Part shown: piece by piece, positions 19,990 to 29,718 of the stretch | Layout of the letters: the number at the start of each line of letters is the position of its first letter | How positions within the stretch are numbered: the stretch's first letter is position 1 | NCBI GenBank assembly: GCA_030616605.1 | Contig: JAUWWY010000002.1 | Coordinates: 118,867 to 182,866, forward strand | From: a bacterium | Lineage (GTDB): Bacteria; Patescibacteriota; Minisyncoccia; Minisyncoccales; CG1-02-41-26 | DNA length: 64,000 bases | Direction of reading: 5' to 3' | Notes under the pieces: model-generated | Database searches by the model: none | Seen by the model: the letters and a program-made list of their open reading frames with translations, nothing else | Told to the model about the DNA's origin: nothing | Made by a program: the position numbers and the translations under genes

Positions 19990-20694
19990 TTATATTTTAC
20001 AGATACTTTTCAACCTTTTTAGTTTTTTAATGCTTAAAGAAATAAAGCAAGCTAAAACTATTAAAATTATAAGAGGTAAAATAAATTTTGCCAAACCTTC
20101 TATTTTCATTATAGAAAAATTATAGAGTCCATGTAAAGTGGTAGCTATTCCCAGACCAGCTAAAACTAACCATTTTCTTTTTTTAAAATGGAAAAAAGAT
20201 AAAGCCAAAAAATAGCCAATTGAAGCTGAACAAAGAGCGTGCAAGAAAGTCGCTGAAACAAACCGCCAGGCCATAGTTTCCAAAGCTTTACCAATAGTTA
20301 AAAAAGGATGGAAGCTGCTTAAAACCAAAATATTTTCTAAACTTGCAAAACCAAGCGCAGAAATAATCATGTAAAGTAAAATATCAACAGGTTCATCTAA
20401 TTCAGAGTTTTTATAAACTCCGATTCTGACAGCTAGATATTTTGAATATTCTTCAATTAAAGCTCCTCCCAAAAAGATAGCTAAAATAGAACTTAAAGTT
20501 TTTTGATTTTTTAAAAAAGAAATTAAAAAGTGAAAGCCCTTTTCTAAAAAAATAGCCAGAAAAGCAGCTATTATTCCGAAAAAGAAAATTTTCAAAACCA
20601 TCCTGTTTGGTTCAGGATGAACATCTTTTCTGAGATAAAAAATCAGCCAGATAATACCCGGGAGAAAGCCGAGAAGATAAGGAAGATAACTCAT
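19990..20694 (-). CDS. PrsW-family intramembrane metalloprotease
   Basis: EEYSKYLAV, GFASLEN and HGLYNF motifs on a polytopic membrane protein. Confidence 0.6.
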   Translation of the reverse strand: MSYLPYLLGFLPGIIWLIFYLRKDVHPEPNRMVLKIFFFGIIAAFLAIFLEKGFHFLISFLKNQKTLSSILAIFLGGALIEEYSKYLAVRIGVYKNSELDEPVDILLYMIISALGFASLENILVLSSFHPFLTIGKALETMAWRFVSATFLHALCSASIGYFLALSFFHFKKRKWLVLAGLGIATTLHGLYNFSIMKIEGLAKFILPLIILIVLACFISLSIKKLKRLKSICKI

Positions 20695-23213
20695 AGTTTT
20701 GGCCAGGTTTCTACCATTAAGAACCTTTTTTTCCTTTTCAAGGGTAATCTCTGATAAATTTCTTCAGTAATAAATGGCATAAAAGGATGGAGAAGTTTTA
20801 AAGAAGTTAGTAAAACATACAATAAAATCTTTTTGGTATTCTCTTTTTCTTTTTGTGATTTGCTTTTTTCAATATAAATATCACAAAAGTCGTGCCAGAA
20901 AAAGTGGTATAAATTTTGAGCTGCTTGTCCAAATCTAAAATTTTCTAAATCTTTTTCAACTGATTTAATTGTTTCTTCAAGACTCTTTAATATTTTTTTA
21001 TCTGCTTTGGTTAAGTTTTGAACTTTGAACTGTAGCTTTGAGCTTTGAGCTTTGAGCTTTGAATTTGCAGTTTGTTGTAGAACAAACCGCGTAGCATTCC
21101 AAATTTTATTACAAAACTTCTTTCCCATCACAATGTTATTTTCCTCAAATCTAATATCTTGGACTCCTGTTGTCTGCCAAGTTAAACCAAAGCGAGTAGC
21201 ATCGCTCCCATATTTTTCAATCAACTCTAAGGGGTCAATACCTGTGCCAAGCGACTTTGACATTCTCTGTCCAGTTTTTGTCAAAATAGTAGCATGGATG
21301 TAGGCTGTTTTAAAAGGAGCTGTTTTCATAAATTCCAAACCAGAGAAAATCATTCGGGCTATCCAAAGATTTACAATACTGCGATCCGACGAAATAAAGT
21401 GGTTGGGGTAAAATTCTTTAAGACCCCTTGTTTTTTTAGGCCAACCAAGAATTACAAAGGGCCAAAGGGCAGACGAGAACCAGGTATCCAAAACATCTGT
21501 TTCTTGTCTTAATTTTCCTTTATTGCAACTAGGACATTTTTTTAATGCATATTTATCGTCTACAATGGGAAGACATTCACTTTCAAATCTATAAGTATAA
21601 ATCCAAACCAAAGTATCAGTATTCACTTCTTTTTCCGGATGGTGTCGTTTAAAAGCAGTGATTAATTCTTCTAATTTTTTGTATGTTTTCCAGTGTTTTT
21701 TATCTTTAAGGTCAATTTTACCAACAGTTGTTTTTTGGATTTCTGTTATTATTGCTGTTCCGAAAATTTCACCTGTAATACTATTTTCAAAAGCAACTTT
21801 TTCTCCAACCTTTAAGCCATGATTACGCAGTCGGTAAGTCTGAGTTTTATTATCAAAAACTTGCGGTACTACATCTCCAGCAAAACCCATTTTAGAAGTG
21901 GTATTTTTGATTTTTTGTTCTGAATTTTCACAATACCAAATTGGAATCTGATGACCCCACCAAATTTGTCTTGAGATACACCAATCTTTGATGTTTTTTA
22001 ACCAATCAAAATAAATTTTTTCAAAATTTTTTGGATAAATTTTTACCTTTTTCTCTTTAACGGCATTTTTAGCTTTTTCCGCTAATTTTTCCATTTTTAA
22101 AAACCATTGCTTTGAAGGAATAATTTCAACTATTGTATTACAGCGATAACATTTAGGAATAGCCAAATTATGGTTTTTTTCTTTTTCTAAAAGATTAAGT
22201 TTTTTAAGTTTTTTAATTATTTCCTCTCGAGCCTTAAGAGTTTTTAATCCCCTAAAAGAAAGGGGAGCAGCTTTGGAAATTTTTCCTTTTTCATCAATTA
22301 CCTGAACCAAGGGGAGTTTATGATTAATACTGATTTCGTAATCCTTTAAATCATGGGCTGGGGTTACTTTTACAGCCCCTGTCCCAAATTTAGGGTCGAC
22401 CAATTTATCAACAACAATCGGGATTTCTCTATTAACTATTGGTAAGATTATTTTTTGGCCAATCAGATTTTTATATCTTTTATCTTTCGGATTGACTGCT
22501 ACTGCTGTATCACCAAGCATTGTCTCGGGTCTAGTTGTTGCTACCACAAGATAATCAGCTTTGCGCTTTGCGCTTTGCGCTTTGAGTTTATATTTAATGT
22601 ACCAAAGTTTTCCCTTTTTTTCTTCATATTCAAGTTCCAAATCTGATAAGCTGGTTTGACATCTTGAACACCAATTAATCGGTCTTTTTCCCTGATAAAT
22701 CCAACCTTTTTTATAATAGTGCAAAAAAGCTTGCTCCACCGCCTTGACATAATTTCTATCCATAGTAAACCGAGTTCTTGACCAATCACAGCTACATCCA
22801 AGTTTTTTTAATTGGTCTAAGATAATATTGCCGTATTTTTCTTTCCACTGCCAAATTTTTTTGATAAATTTTTCTCTACCTAAATCAAAGCGGGTTTTAT
22901 TTTGTTGTTTAAGTTCTTTCTCAACGACATTTTGAGTAGCAATCCCGGCATGGTCTGTTCCTGGCAGCCAAAGAACTTTTTCACCTTTCATTCTTTTTTT
23001 TCTTACCAAAATATCAACTAAAGTATTTTCCAAAGCATGACCCATATGCAAGCTGCCCGTTATATTAGGTGGGGCAATGGCTACAACAAACTTCTTAATT
23101 TTTTTCTTTTTGGCTGTTGGTAGTTTATCTGGATTGAAAAAACCTGATTTTTCCCAGACACGGTAGATTTTATCTTCCACTTTTTTTGGATTGTAAGTTT
23201 TTGATAATTTCAT
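20691..23213 (-). CDS. valS: Valyl-tRNA synthetase
   Basis: HIGH region PPNITGSLHMGHAL and KMSKSLGT. Two in-frame CAAAG-family repeat patches (21016-21070 and 22572-22605). Confidence 0.9.
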   Translation of the reverse strand: MKLSKTYNPKKVEDKIYRVWEKSGFFNPDKLPTAKKKKIKKFVVAIAPPNITGSLHMGHALENTLVDILVRKKRMKGEKVLWLPGTDHAGIATQNVVEKELKQQNKTRFDLGREKFIKKIWQWKEKYGNIILDQLKKLGCSCDWSRTRFTMDRNYVKAVEQAFLHYYKKGWIYQGKRPINWCSRCQTSLSDLELEYEEKKGKLWYIKYKLKAQSAKRKADYLVVATTRPETMLGDTAVAVNPKDKRYKNLIGQKIILPIVNREIPIVVDKLVDPKFGTGAVKVTPAHDLKDYEISINHKLPLVQVIDEKGKISKAAPLSFRGLKTLKAREEIIKKLKKLNLLEKEKNHNLAIPKCYRCNTIVEIIPSKQWFLKMEKLAEKAKNAVKEKKVKIYPKNFEKIYFDWLKNIKDWCISRQIWWGHQIPIWYCENSEQKIKNTTSKMGFAGDVVPQVFDNKTQTYRLRNHGLKVGEKVAFENSITGEIFGTAIITEIQKTTVGKIDLKDKKHWKTYKKLEELITAFKRHHPEKEVNTDTLVWIYTYRFESECLPIVDDKYALKKCPSCNKGKLRQETDVLDTWFSSALWPFVILGWPKKTRGLKEFYPNHFISSDRSIVNLWIARMIFSGLEFMKTAPFKTAYIHATILTKTGQRMSKSLGTGIDPLELIEKYGSDATRFGLTWQTTGVQDIRFEENNIVMGKKFCNKIWNATRFVLQQTANSKLKAQSSKLQFKVQNLTKADKKILKSLEETIKSVEKDLENFRFGQAAQNLYHFFWHDFCDIYIEKSKSQKEKENTKKILLYVLLTSLKLLHPFMPFITEEIYQRLPLKRKKRFLMVETWPKL
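21016..21070 (-). repeat. CAAAG-family patch (coding strand CAAAGCTCAAAGCTCAAAGCTACAG) inside valS
   Basis: Plus strand reads TTTGAACTTTGAACTGTAGCTTTGAGCTTTGAGCTTTGAGCTTTGAATTTGCAG; encodes KLKAQSSKLQFKVQNL. Confidence 0.8.
22572..22605 (-). repeat. CAAAG-family patch (coding strand CTCAAAGCGCAAAGCGCAAAGCGCAAAGCT) inside valS
   Basis: Encodes KLKAQSAKRKA. Confidence 0.8.
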
Positions 23214-23214
23214 T

Positions 23215-24294
23215 TTAAATTCGTAAATTAGCTTCGGCTTTGATTTGTTTCCAAGATTTCTTTTTCTTTCTGTTAAAATAAGCGGCTACTCCAACCATTG
23301 CTGCATTGTCAGTACAGAAATTAGTAAATGGCAAATGGCAAATGGCAAATGGTAATTGTTTTTTTACAGCTTCTTTCATTTGCTTTCGCAATTCATTGTT
23401 TGCAGTAACTCCTCCTCCCAATAGGATGCTTTTTGCTTTGTATTCTTTCGCCGCCTTGATTGTTTTTTTAATTAAAACATCAATAATTGCCTGTTGAATT
23501 TCTTTTGCCATTTCTTTAACATATCCTTTTGAGGTTCTGATTTTCTTACTTCTTTTTTTAAAGTCATACAAAACAGCAGTTTTTAATCCAGAAAAACTAA
23601 AGTCATAATCTTTACTGTTTATCATCGGTCTCGGCAGCTTTAGTTTAAATCTTGAATCTTGAATCTTGAACTTTTTAGCTAAAGCGGCAATAGCTGGGCC
23701 GCCGGGATAGGAAAGGCCTAAAATTCTGGCTGTTTTATCAAAACATTCTCCAGCAGCATCATCTCTTGTTTCACCGATTATCTTGTATTTGCCAATCTTT
23801 TTCATTAAAATCAATTGGCTATGTCCTCCGGAGATAACTAAACAAATTGCTGGAAACTTAATTAGATTGTTCGGTTTTGTAATAAGCCAATTGGCGAGAA
23901 TATGAGCTTCTATGTGATTTGCTGGAATAAGGGGTAATTTCCATTCTTGAGCCAGGGCTTTGGCGAAGTTTATTCCCGTCCACAAACATGGGTCTAATCC
24001 TGGTCCTATTGTGATTGCAATGGCATCAACTTTTTTAAGGAGATTAGCTTCTTTTAATGCTTTTTTTAAAACTGGTTCAAGATTTTTCCGATGTTCTCTT
24101 TTAGCCAGAGACGGATAAACTCCGCCATATTTTTGATGTAATTTTACTTGTGAAGATACAACATTGCTTAGAATTTTAAATTTCTCTTTTTTTACTTCTA
24201 ATATAGCAATACAAGTATCGTCGCAGGAAGTATCAATAGCCAGAATAATCATGGTTTTATACTTTATGATACCTGAAACATTGATTTTTTTCAA
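23215..24294 (-). CDS. tsaD: tRNA N6-adenosine threonylcarbamoyltransferase TsaD (Kae1/YgjD family)
   Basis: ILAIDTSCDDTCIAIL, DFSFSGLKTAV and CTDNAAMVG. Two in-frame heptamer patches (23326-23357 and 23647-23671). Confidence 0.8.
   Translation of the reverse strand: MKKINVSGIIKYKTMIILAIDTSCDDTCIAILEVKKEKFKILSNVVSSQVKLHQKYGGVYPSLAKREHRKNLEPVLKKALKEANLLKKVDAIAITIGPGLDPCLWTGINFAKALAQEWKLPLIPANHIEAHILANWLITKPNNLIKFPAICLVISGGHSQLILMKKIGKYKIIGETRDDAAGECFDKTARILGLSYPGGPAIAALAKKFKIQDSRFKLKLPRPMINSKDYDFSFSGLKTAVLYDFKKRSKKIRTSKGYVKEMAKEIQQAIIDVLIKKTIKAAKEYKAKSILLGGGVTANNELRKQMKEAVKKQLPFAICHLPFTNFCTDNAAMVGVAAYFNRKKKKSWKQIKAEANLRI
23326..23357 (-). repeat. In-frame heptamer patch (plus strand AAATGGC x3) inside tsaD
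   Basis: Direct reading; encodes LPFAICHLPF next to the conserved CTDNAAM motif. Confidence 0.75.
23647..23671 (-). repeat. In-frame heptamer patch (plus strand AATCTTG x3) inside tsaD
   Basis: Direct reading. Confidence 0.75.
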
Positions 24295-24319
24295 TTTTTA
24301 AGATAGGATTTACTAATCA

Positions 24320-24394
24320 GGCCCCGTCGTCTAGCCCGGTTTAGGACGCAGGGTTTTCATCCCTGTAACAGGGGTTCAAATCCCCTCGGGGCCG
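24320..24394 (+). tRNA. tRNA-Glu (anticodon UUC)
   Basis: GGCCCCGUCGUCUAGCCCGGUUUAGGACGCAGGGUUUUCAUCCCUG...GGGGUUCAAAUCCCCUCGGGGCCG. CCA is encoded at 24395-24397. Confidence 0.85.
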
Positions 24395-24461
24395 CCATAA
24401 GAAGATAAAAATACCCAGCTCGGACTGGGTATTTTTATAATAGATTTTAATTTTATCGATT

Positions 24462-25176
24462 TCAGGGTTGGATTCCATCAGAATCACTTTCTTCGGTTGA
24501 AGTAGCTTCTTCTAAGGATTCAAGTTCAACGTATTGGCTTAAAATTTCTTCCAGTTCTTTCTTAGCTTTAAAGCTGTAATAAACTTCATCATTAATAATT
24601 ATAATTGGCAGGTTTTTTTCTAAAAAGTAAATTGATTTTAAGGCTTGGATAGCTGAGAGATCCAAATCAAAATCAAAGGAATAAACTCTTAAAAAAGGAT
24701 ATTTTCCTCTAAGATTAGTTAAAATATAACCCTGGTTTTCGCAATCAGGACAGGTTTTCTTGTCTGAATAAAAGTAAATTATTGAAACAATATCTAAATC
24801 ACACTCTTTTACTGCTTTTTTTAAAAGGAGCCAGTGTTTTATTTCCAAAATTGAATAGTATTTTTTTAACCTTAAAAAATAAGAATTATTTCTGCCTAAA
24901 GTACTGCTGATTGAAGCTAATCTTCTGGAGATTTCATAAAGCTCTTGGGTTAAAGTTGACTCGTTTAAATTTTCACAGGGAGCTTGAGCTAAAATGGAAA
25001 ACTGAGTTTCCAGAGAAAGAATATCAATCCTTAAATCCTCTTGAACAGCTGTTATTTGGAGCATCCTTTTTTCTGCCAAGAAGTTACTTAAAAAAAAGCC
25101 ACTACTGAAAATTATCAAGGTAATTAAAAATATTAAAAAGTGTCTTTTCCAATTAAATTTCTTTTTCTCAGACATA
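24462..25176 (-). CDS. Membrane-anchored hypothetical protein with CPDC (CxxC) motif, possibly thioredoxin-like
   Basis: I took the start at the internal ATG (MSEKKKFNWKRHF...) because the longer ORF overlaps the upstream gene. One TM helix, then a soluble domain with CPDCENQGY. Confidence 0.3.
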
Positions 25177-26415
25177 TTATTGCCAAGAGATATCTTTTCT
25201 GACGAGAATAAAAAAGAAAGCAGAAATCCACCAAATTGCATTCAAAAAGACATATAACAAAAGATAAAAGACAGTATTTTTTGTTATAGATTTCTTATCA
25301 AAAGTAAGTTTTTTACTAAGAAATATGTAAGTTAAAATAGCAACTAAAGAAAGGAATCCTAAAATAAGAGTTGGTCTTATTAGTCCTAGATTAAATAAAA
25401 TCCAATCAGGCTGAAAAGAAAAAAGATTAAAGTAATCAAGTCCGACCAGTAAAAAATTATTAATTTTTTCTAAAAAGAAAAAACCGATTTTCCAGAAAAT
25501 GTAGCCGACTAAAACTATGGAGATGAAACTAGCGATAACGCTATAATAAAGCAAAAAGGAAAGATTGCCATGTTTTTTAATGTTTAGGAGCTCGAGATAA
25601 TCTTTAAGATTTAAAAGAAGACCTCTTCGCCATCTTAATCTTTGGTGGAAAAGAGACTTGAAAGTTGGGCAAGCTTTGGTGTAAACCAAGGAATCAATAG
25701 CATGGGCAATTTTGAAATTTGCTTTTTGAAGGCGAAAAGCAAATTCCAAATCTTCAGTCTGATGAGCTTTTCGATAAGGACCCAAAATTTTATAGACTTC
25801 CCGCCGGAAAACAGAAAGAGGACCAGGAGTGACATTAAGACTATCCAATATTGAAAAGACTTTTCTCAAGAAAGCAGCTATTAAAAATTCAATATATTGA
25901 ATTCCTTCTATAATGTTTTTTACTTCAGAAATTTTAATTGTTGAAATAACAGCCATTATTTTTTTATCTTCAAAATACTTCATTACTTTTTTCAAAGCTT
26001 TAGAATCTAAATAGGAGTCGCCATCAAGGGAACCAATAAATTGAGCTTTGGTTTTCAATAATCCGTAATTCAAAGCAGTATATTTGCCGCCGTTTTCCTT
26101 TCGGAAAACTCTAACTTGTTTAGTTCTTTTTTCAAAAGCTTTAGCTTTTAAAAAAGTGTCGTCTTTACTTCCGTCATCAACAACAATAATTTCTAATTTT
26201 TCCCTGGGATAGTCTAAATTTAATAAAGAATCAAGAGTTCTTTTTATATTTTTCCCTTCGTTGTAGCAGGGAACAATCAGACAAACCGAAGGAAAATTTT
26301 CTTTTTTTAAGCCCTTGTAAATCTCTTTTCGATTTTCAAAAAAGGTACTCAGGACAAAAATAGAAAAATAAAGTCCAAGAAATATTGCAATATATAAAGT
26401 TTCTATTAATATCAT
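25177..26415 (-). CDS. Family 2 glycosyltransferase with C-terminal membrane domain
   Basis: VPCYNEGKNIKRTLDSL, VVDDGSKDDT, DGDSYL and QRLRWRRG (the QxxRW motif of processive GT2 enzymes). Confidence 0.7.
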   Translation of the reverse strand: MILIETLYIAIFLGLYFSIFVLSTFFENRKEIYKGLKKENFPSVCLIVPCYNEGKNIKRTLDSLLNLDYPREKLEIIVVDDGSKDDTFLKAKAFEKRTKQVRVFRKENGGKYTALNYGLLKTKAQFIGSLDGDSYLDSKALKKVMKYFEDKKIMAVISTIKISEVKNIIEGIQYIEFLIAAFLRKVFSILDSLNVTPGPLSVFRREVYKILGPYRKAHQTEDLEFAFRLQKANFKIAHAIDSLVYTKACPTFKSLFHQRLRWRRGLLLNLKDYLELLNIKKHGNLSFLLYYSVIASFISIVLVGYIFWKIGFFFLEKINNFLLVGLDYFNLFSFQPDWILFNLGLIRPTLILGFLSLVAILTYIFLSKKLTFDKKSITKNTVFYLLLYVFLNAIWWISAFFFILVRKDISWQ

Positions 26416-26441
26416 TGTTTTAGTATAAACAATAAAAAAGA

Positions 26442-28622
26442 TTATTCCAAGTGGATTTTCTTTTTAAACCTTTTCAATCTTTCTTTCAAAATAGGATAAT
26501 TTTTTAATCCCGGATTTTCAATTAAAATCTCTTTTGCTGATTCTCTTGTTTTTTCCACAAGCTGAAGGTTTTTTAAATTTTCCATTGCTAAATCCGGAAT
26601 GCCCCATTGTCTCGCTCCAAAAAAGTTTCCCGGGCCTCGAATTTCCAAATCTTTTTGAGCTAATTCAAATCCATCTTTTGCCTTGAGCATTGCTGTCAAT
26701 CTCTGACGAGTTTTTTTAGCTTTTGACTCGGTAAATAAAAAACAGTAAGATTGCAAATCAGATCTTCCGACTCTGCCCCGAAATTGATGTAGTTGAGCCA
26801 GGCCAAATCTTTCGGCACCTTCAATCATCATTACGGTTGCTTGAGGGATATCAATCCCCACCTCAACTACAGAAGTTGAAACTAAAATATCAATTTTTTT
26901 ATTTCGAAAATCTTTCATTATCTTTTCTTTTTCTTTTGTTTTTATTTTACTATGGAGCATTTCAATGGTTAGATTAGGAAAAATTTCTTTTGAAAGTTTT
27001 TTATATTCCTCTTTAACTGCTTTAACATCTGTCCAACTTGATATATTTTTTTTGTCACTTGTCCCTTGCTGCTTGTCTCCCGGTTCTATTCTGGGACAAA
27101 TAACAAAAACCTGCTCACCAGCCTTAACTCTTTTTCTGATAAAATTATAAGCTTCATTTTTTTCTTTTAATGAAACAACTTTAGTAATAACCTTTTTTCT
27201 TCCTTTTGGCATTTCGTCTAAGATTGACAAATCCAAATCACCATAGACTGTCAAAGCTAAACTCCGAGGAATAGGGGTAGCAGTCATTGAAAGAAGATGA
27301 GGGATTTTTAGATTTTTACTGTTGATTCTTGGCTGTTGGATAAGTTTTGTACGCTGTTCTACACCAAAGCGGTGTTGTTCATCAATTATACATAAAGCCA
27401 AATTGCCAAATTTAACTTTATCCTGAATTAAAGAATGAGTGCCAATTAAAATATCAATTTCTCCTTTTCTAATTTTATCTAAAAGTTTATTTCGGGAAAT
27501 TTCTAAAATTTCAGGATTTAACCCTGAGCTTGTCGAATAGGCTAATTTTTGAGAAACAATTTTATCTTCTTTCCCAGTCAAAAGAGCAATTCTTACTTTA
27601 AATGGTTTCAGTAATTTTGGAACTTGTTGAAAATGTTGTTTGGCTAAGATTTCAGTTGGAACCATAAAAGCCACCTGGTAACCAGAAAGAACAGTATTCA
27701 GGCTGGCAATTAAAGCAACTATTGTTTTTCCGGAACCAACATCTCCTTGAAATAATCTTGACATTGGTCTTGGTTTTTCCAAATCTTTTAGAATTTGCCA
27801 ACTGCATTTTTTTTGGGCATCAGTTAATTTAAAGGGCAAAGAATCAACAAACTCTTTTATTAAATCAAGATTTAAAGGAATAGAAGGAGCTTTTTCTTGA
27901 TTTAATTTCAATCTTTCTTTTAAAACCGCTAACTCTATTAAAAACAGCTCCTCAAAGGAAAATCTTTCTTTTGCTTTTTCAGCCAATTTTATTGAATTTG
28001 GAAAATGAATCTGCCAGATTGCCTCTTGAATTGGTAAAAGATTGTATTTTTTGATTACTTTTTCCGGCAAAGATTCTTCAATTTGATTTTTAAATTTTTC
28101 CAAAATTAGTTTTAAAATCCATCTTAACCATTTTGAAGAAAGTCCTTCGGTTTCTGGATAGATAGGAATTATTCTTCCGGTATGGATAAGGTCGGATGTT
28201 GAATAATTAGATGCTAGAGATAGCTTTTCATAACTTGGACTTGATAGATAAATTCCCTCTTTGTCTAAGCTTGCTTTTCCAGCTAAACAAACATTATCTC
28301 CTTTTTTTAAAACCCTTATCAAATAGGGCTGGTTAAACCAAATAACTTTTATTGCTCCATTTTTATCTTCAACTACAGCCTCAGTTATAATTATCTTCTT
28401 TTTCCAGGTTCTTGAATTTTTAATTTCTAAAATTTTTCCTGCAATGCAGTTTGTTTGATTAATTTTTACTTTAGAAATAGGATGAATATTTGAAAAATCC
28501 TCATAGCGGTGAGGATAATGAAAGAGAACGTCTTCTATTGTTTTTATCCCTATCTTTTCTAACTTTTTCTGGAAAACTGGTCCAATCCGTGATATTTTTT
28601 TAACAGAAGTATCAAGCTTCAT
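26442..28622 (-). CDS. recG: ATP-dependent DNA helicase RecG
   Basis: GDVGSGKT, DEQHRFGV and MTATPIPRSL, with an N-terminal wedge domain. An in-frame heptamer patch lies near 27048-27079. Confidence 0.85.
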   Translation of the reverse strand: MKLDTSVKKISRIGPVFQKKLEKIGIKTIEDVLFHYPHRYEDFSNIHPISKVKINQTNCIAGKILEIKNSRTWKKKIIITEAVVEDKNGAIKVIWFNQPYLIRVLKKGDNVCLAGKASLDKEGIYLSSPSYEKLSLASNYSTSDLIHTGRIIPIYPETEGLSSKWLRWILKLILEKFKNQIEESLPEKVIKKYNLLPIQEAIWQIHFPNSIKLAEKAKERFSFEELFLIELAVLKERLKLNQEKAPSIPLNLDLIKEFVDSLPFKLTDAQKKCSWQILKDLEKPRPMSRLFQGDVGSGKTIVALIASLNTVLSGYQVAFMVPTEILAKQHFQQVPKLLKPFKVRIALLTGKEDKIVSQKLAYSTSSGLNPEILEISRNKLLDKIRKGEIDILIGTHSLIQDKVKFGNLALCIIDEQHRFGVEQRTKLIQQPRINSKNLKIPHLLSMTATPIPRSLALTVYGDLDLSILDEMPKGRKKVITKVVSLKEKNEAYNFIRKRVKAGEQVFVICPRIEPGDKQQGTSDKKNISSWTDVKAVKEEYKKLSKEIFPNLTIEMLHSKIKTKEKEKIMKDFRNKKIDILVSTSVVEVGIDIPQATVMMIEGAERFGLAQLHQFRGRVGRSDLQSYCFLFTESKAKKTRQRLTAMLKAKDGFELAQKDLEIRGPGNFFGARQWGIPDLAMENLKNLQLVEKTRESAKEILIENPGLKNYPILKERLKRFKKKIHLE
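27048..27079 (-). repeat. In-frame heptamer patch (coding strand GACAAGC AGCAAGG GACAAGT GACAAAA) inside recG
   Basis: Direct reading; encodes GDKQQGTSDKK. Confidence 0.6.
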
Positions 28623-28708
28623 AAAGATTGCTAAAATTTGACTTTTACCTTAAAATTATTATAGGTGAGACTTAGGTTAAAATCAACATTTTCTTTTTTT
28701 AAATCTTT

Positions 28709-28900
28709 TGTTATAATTACAAGTGAGGGAGAAAACTGAAAAGTTTTACTTTTCGATTTTTCGACCGAACGCAGTAATTAGAAGGTTCTGCCGAAGGCAG
28801 GTTCTTACTTCCGAACAAAGTGAGACAAATTAAATGAGTTTATTCATTTAATTTGCGAACGAGTGAGGAGGCAAGGTTCTGCCGGAGGCAGGTTCTTATA
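28709..28900 (+). promoter_or_regulatory. Copy B of the repeated structured leader/promoter element, oriented toward the 28943 gene
   Basis: TTATAATTACAAGTGAGGGAGAAAACTGAAAA (28711-28742) and TTTTCGACCGAACGCAGTAATTAGAAGGTTCTG (28757-28790) are identical to copy A. Two AAGGTTCTGCCGRAGGCAGGTTCTTA hairpin units lie at 28783-28808 and 28873-28898. Confidence 0.5.
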
Positions 28901-28942
28901 CTAAAAGAAAGGAATTTAAAGGTCAATCTAAATAAATTAAAT

Positions 28943-29209
28943 ATGTCAAATAATAATCAAGAAGGAAAACTTATTGGTAAAGTTAGTCATTATTTTGACA
29001 AGATTGAGGTAGCAGTAATTGATTTGGATAACTCTCTAACAGCTGGAGATACTATTAGAATTGTTGGGGGAGAGGAGACAGACTTTACTCAAGAGGTGGA
29101 ATCAATGGAGGTTGATCACGAGAAGATTAAAAAAGCAAAAAAAGGAGATTCGGTCGGTCTGAAAGTTAAAGAAAAGGTGAGAGAGGGTTACAAAGTATAC
29201 AAACTGTAA
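28943..29209 (+). CDS. Small beta-barrel protein resembling EF-Tu domain II (hypothetical)
   Basis: GDTIRIVGGEETDFTQEVESMEVDHEKIKKAKKGDSVGLKV pattern. I used the internal ATG because the longer ORF would run through the leader element. Confidence 0.3.
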   Translation: MSNNNQEGKLIGKVSHYFDKIEVAVIDLDNSLTAGDTIRIVGGEETDFTQEVESMEVDHEKIKKAKKGDSVGLKVKEKVREGYKVYKL

Positions 29210-29250
29210 ATCGTAATTTGCGATTGACTATTTACTGTTAGCAATTTTAT

Positions 29251-29718
29251 ATGGTTTTTGATATTTCTCAATTAGAGCCTTTTTTACAGCTTTTATTGGC
29301 TACTTTTTTAGGTAGCTTAATTGGTTTAGAGAGAGAGTACAAAAGGAAGGAAGCTGGTTTAAAAACTTTTTCTCTGGTTTGTTTAGGAGCTTGTTTTTTT
29401 ACTGTTGTCGCCATTTATCTTAGTTCTTCCCAATCCCCGTTGTCTGCTTTTGTTCAAGTTGACCCGATTCGAGTAATCCAGGCCGTAGCTATCGGAATTA
29501 GTTTTATTGGTTCTGGGGTCATTATTTATCATAAGTTTCAGATTGAAGGATTAACTACTGCCGCTGCTCTCTGGTCAACTGCTGCTGTTGGAATAGGAAT
29601 AGGAATAGGATTGTATTTTTTGGCAATTTTGGCTAGCTTACTTACTATCTTAGTTTTAGCAGGATTCAGGCTAATAGAAGAGAAACTAATTCATACGGAT
29701 AAGGAGTATGAGGGATAA
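29251..29718 (+). CDS. MgtC/SapB family membrane protein
   Basis: LLLATFLGSLIGLEREYKRKEAGLKTFSLVCLG. Confidence 0.65.
   Translation: MVFDISQLEPFLQLLLATFLGSLIGLEREYKRKEAGLKTFSLVCLGACFFTVVAIYLSSSQSPLSAFVQVDPIRVIQAVAIGISFIGSGVIIYHKFQIEGLTTAAALWSTAAVGIGIGIGLYFLAILASLLTILVLAGFRLIEEKLIHTDKEYEG

Noticed and set aside
13596-28900. Inverted-repeat pair as the ends of a 15-kb composite transposon or invertible segment
   Set aside because: The enclosed DNA holds gyrA, valS, tsaD, recG and two tRNAs, and no transposase or recombinase. Both copies sit in promoter regions facing outward genes, so a regulatory leader or MITE-like element fits better.
28853-28942. Longer 118-aa version of the small beta-barrel ORF starting at 28853
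   Set aside because: The extension would translate through the repeated leader element. The internal ATG at 28943 gives a compact domain.
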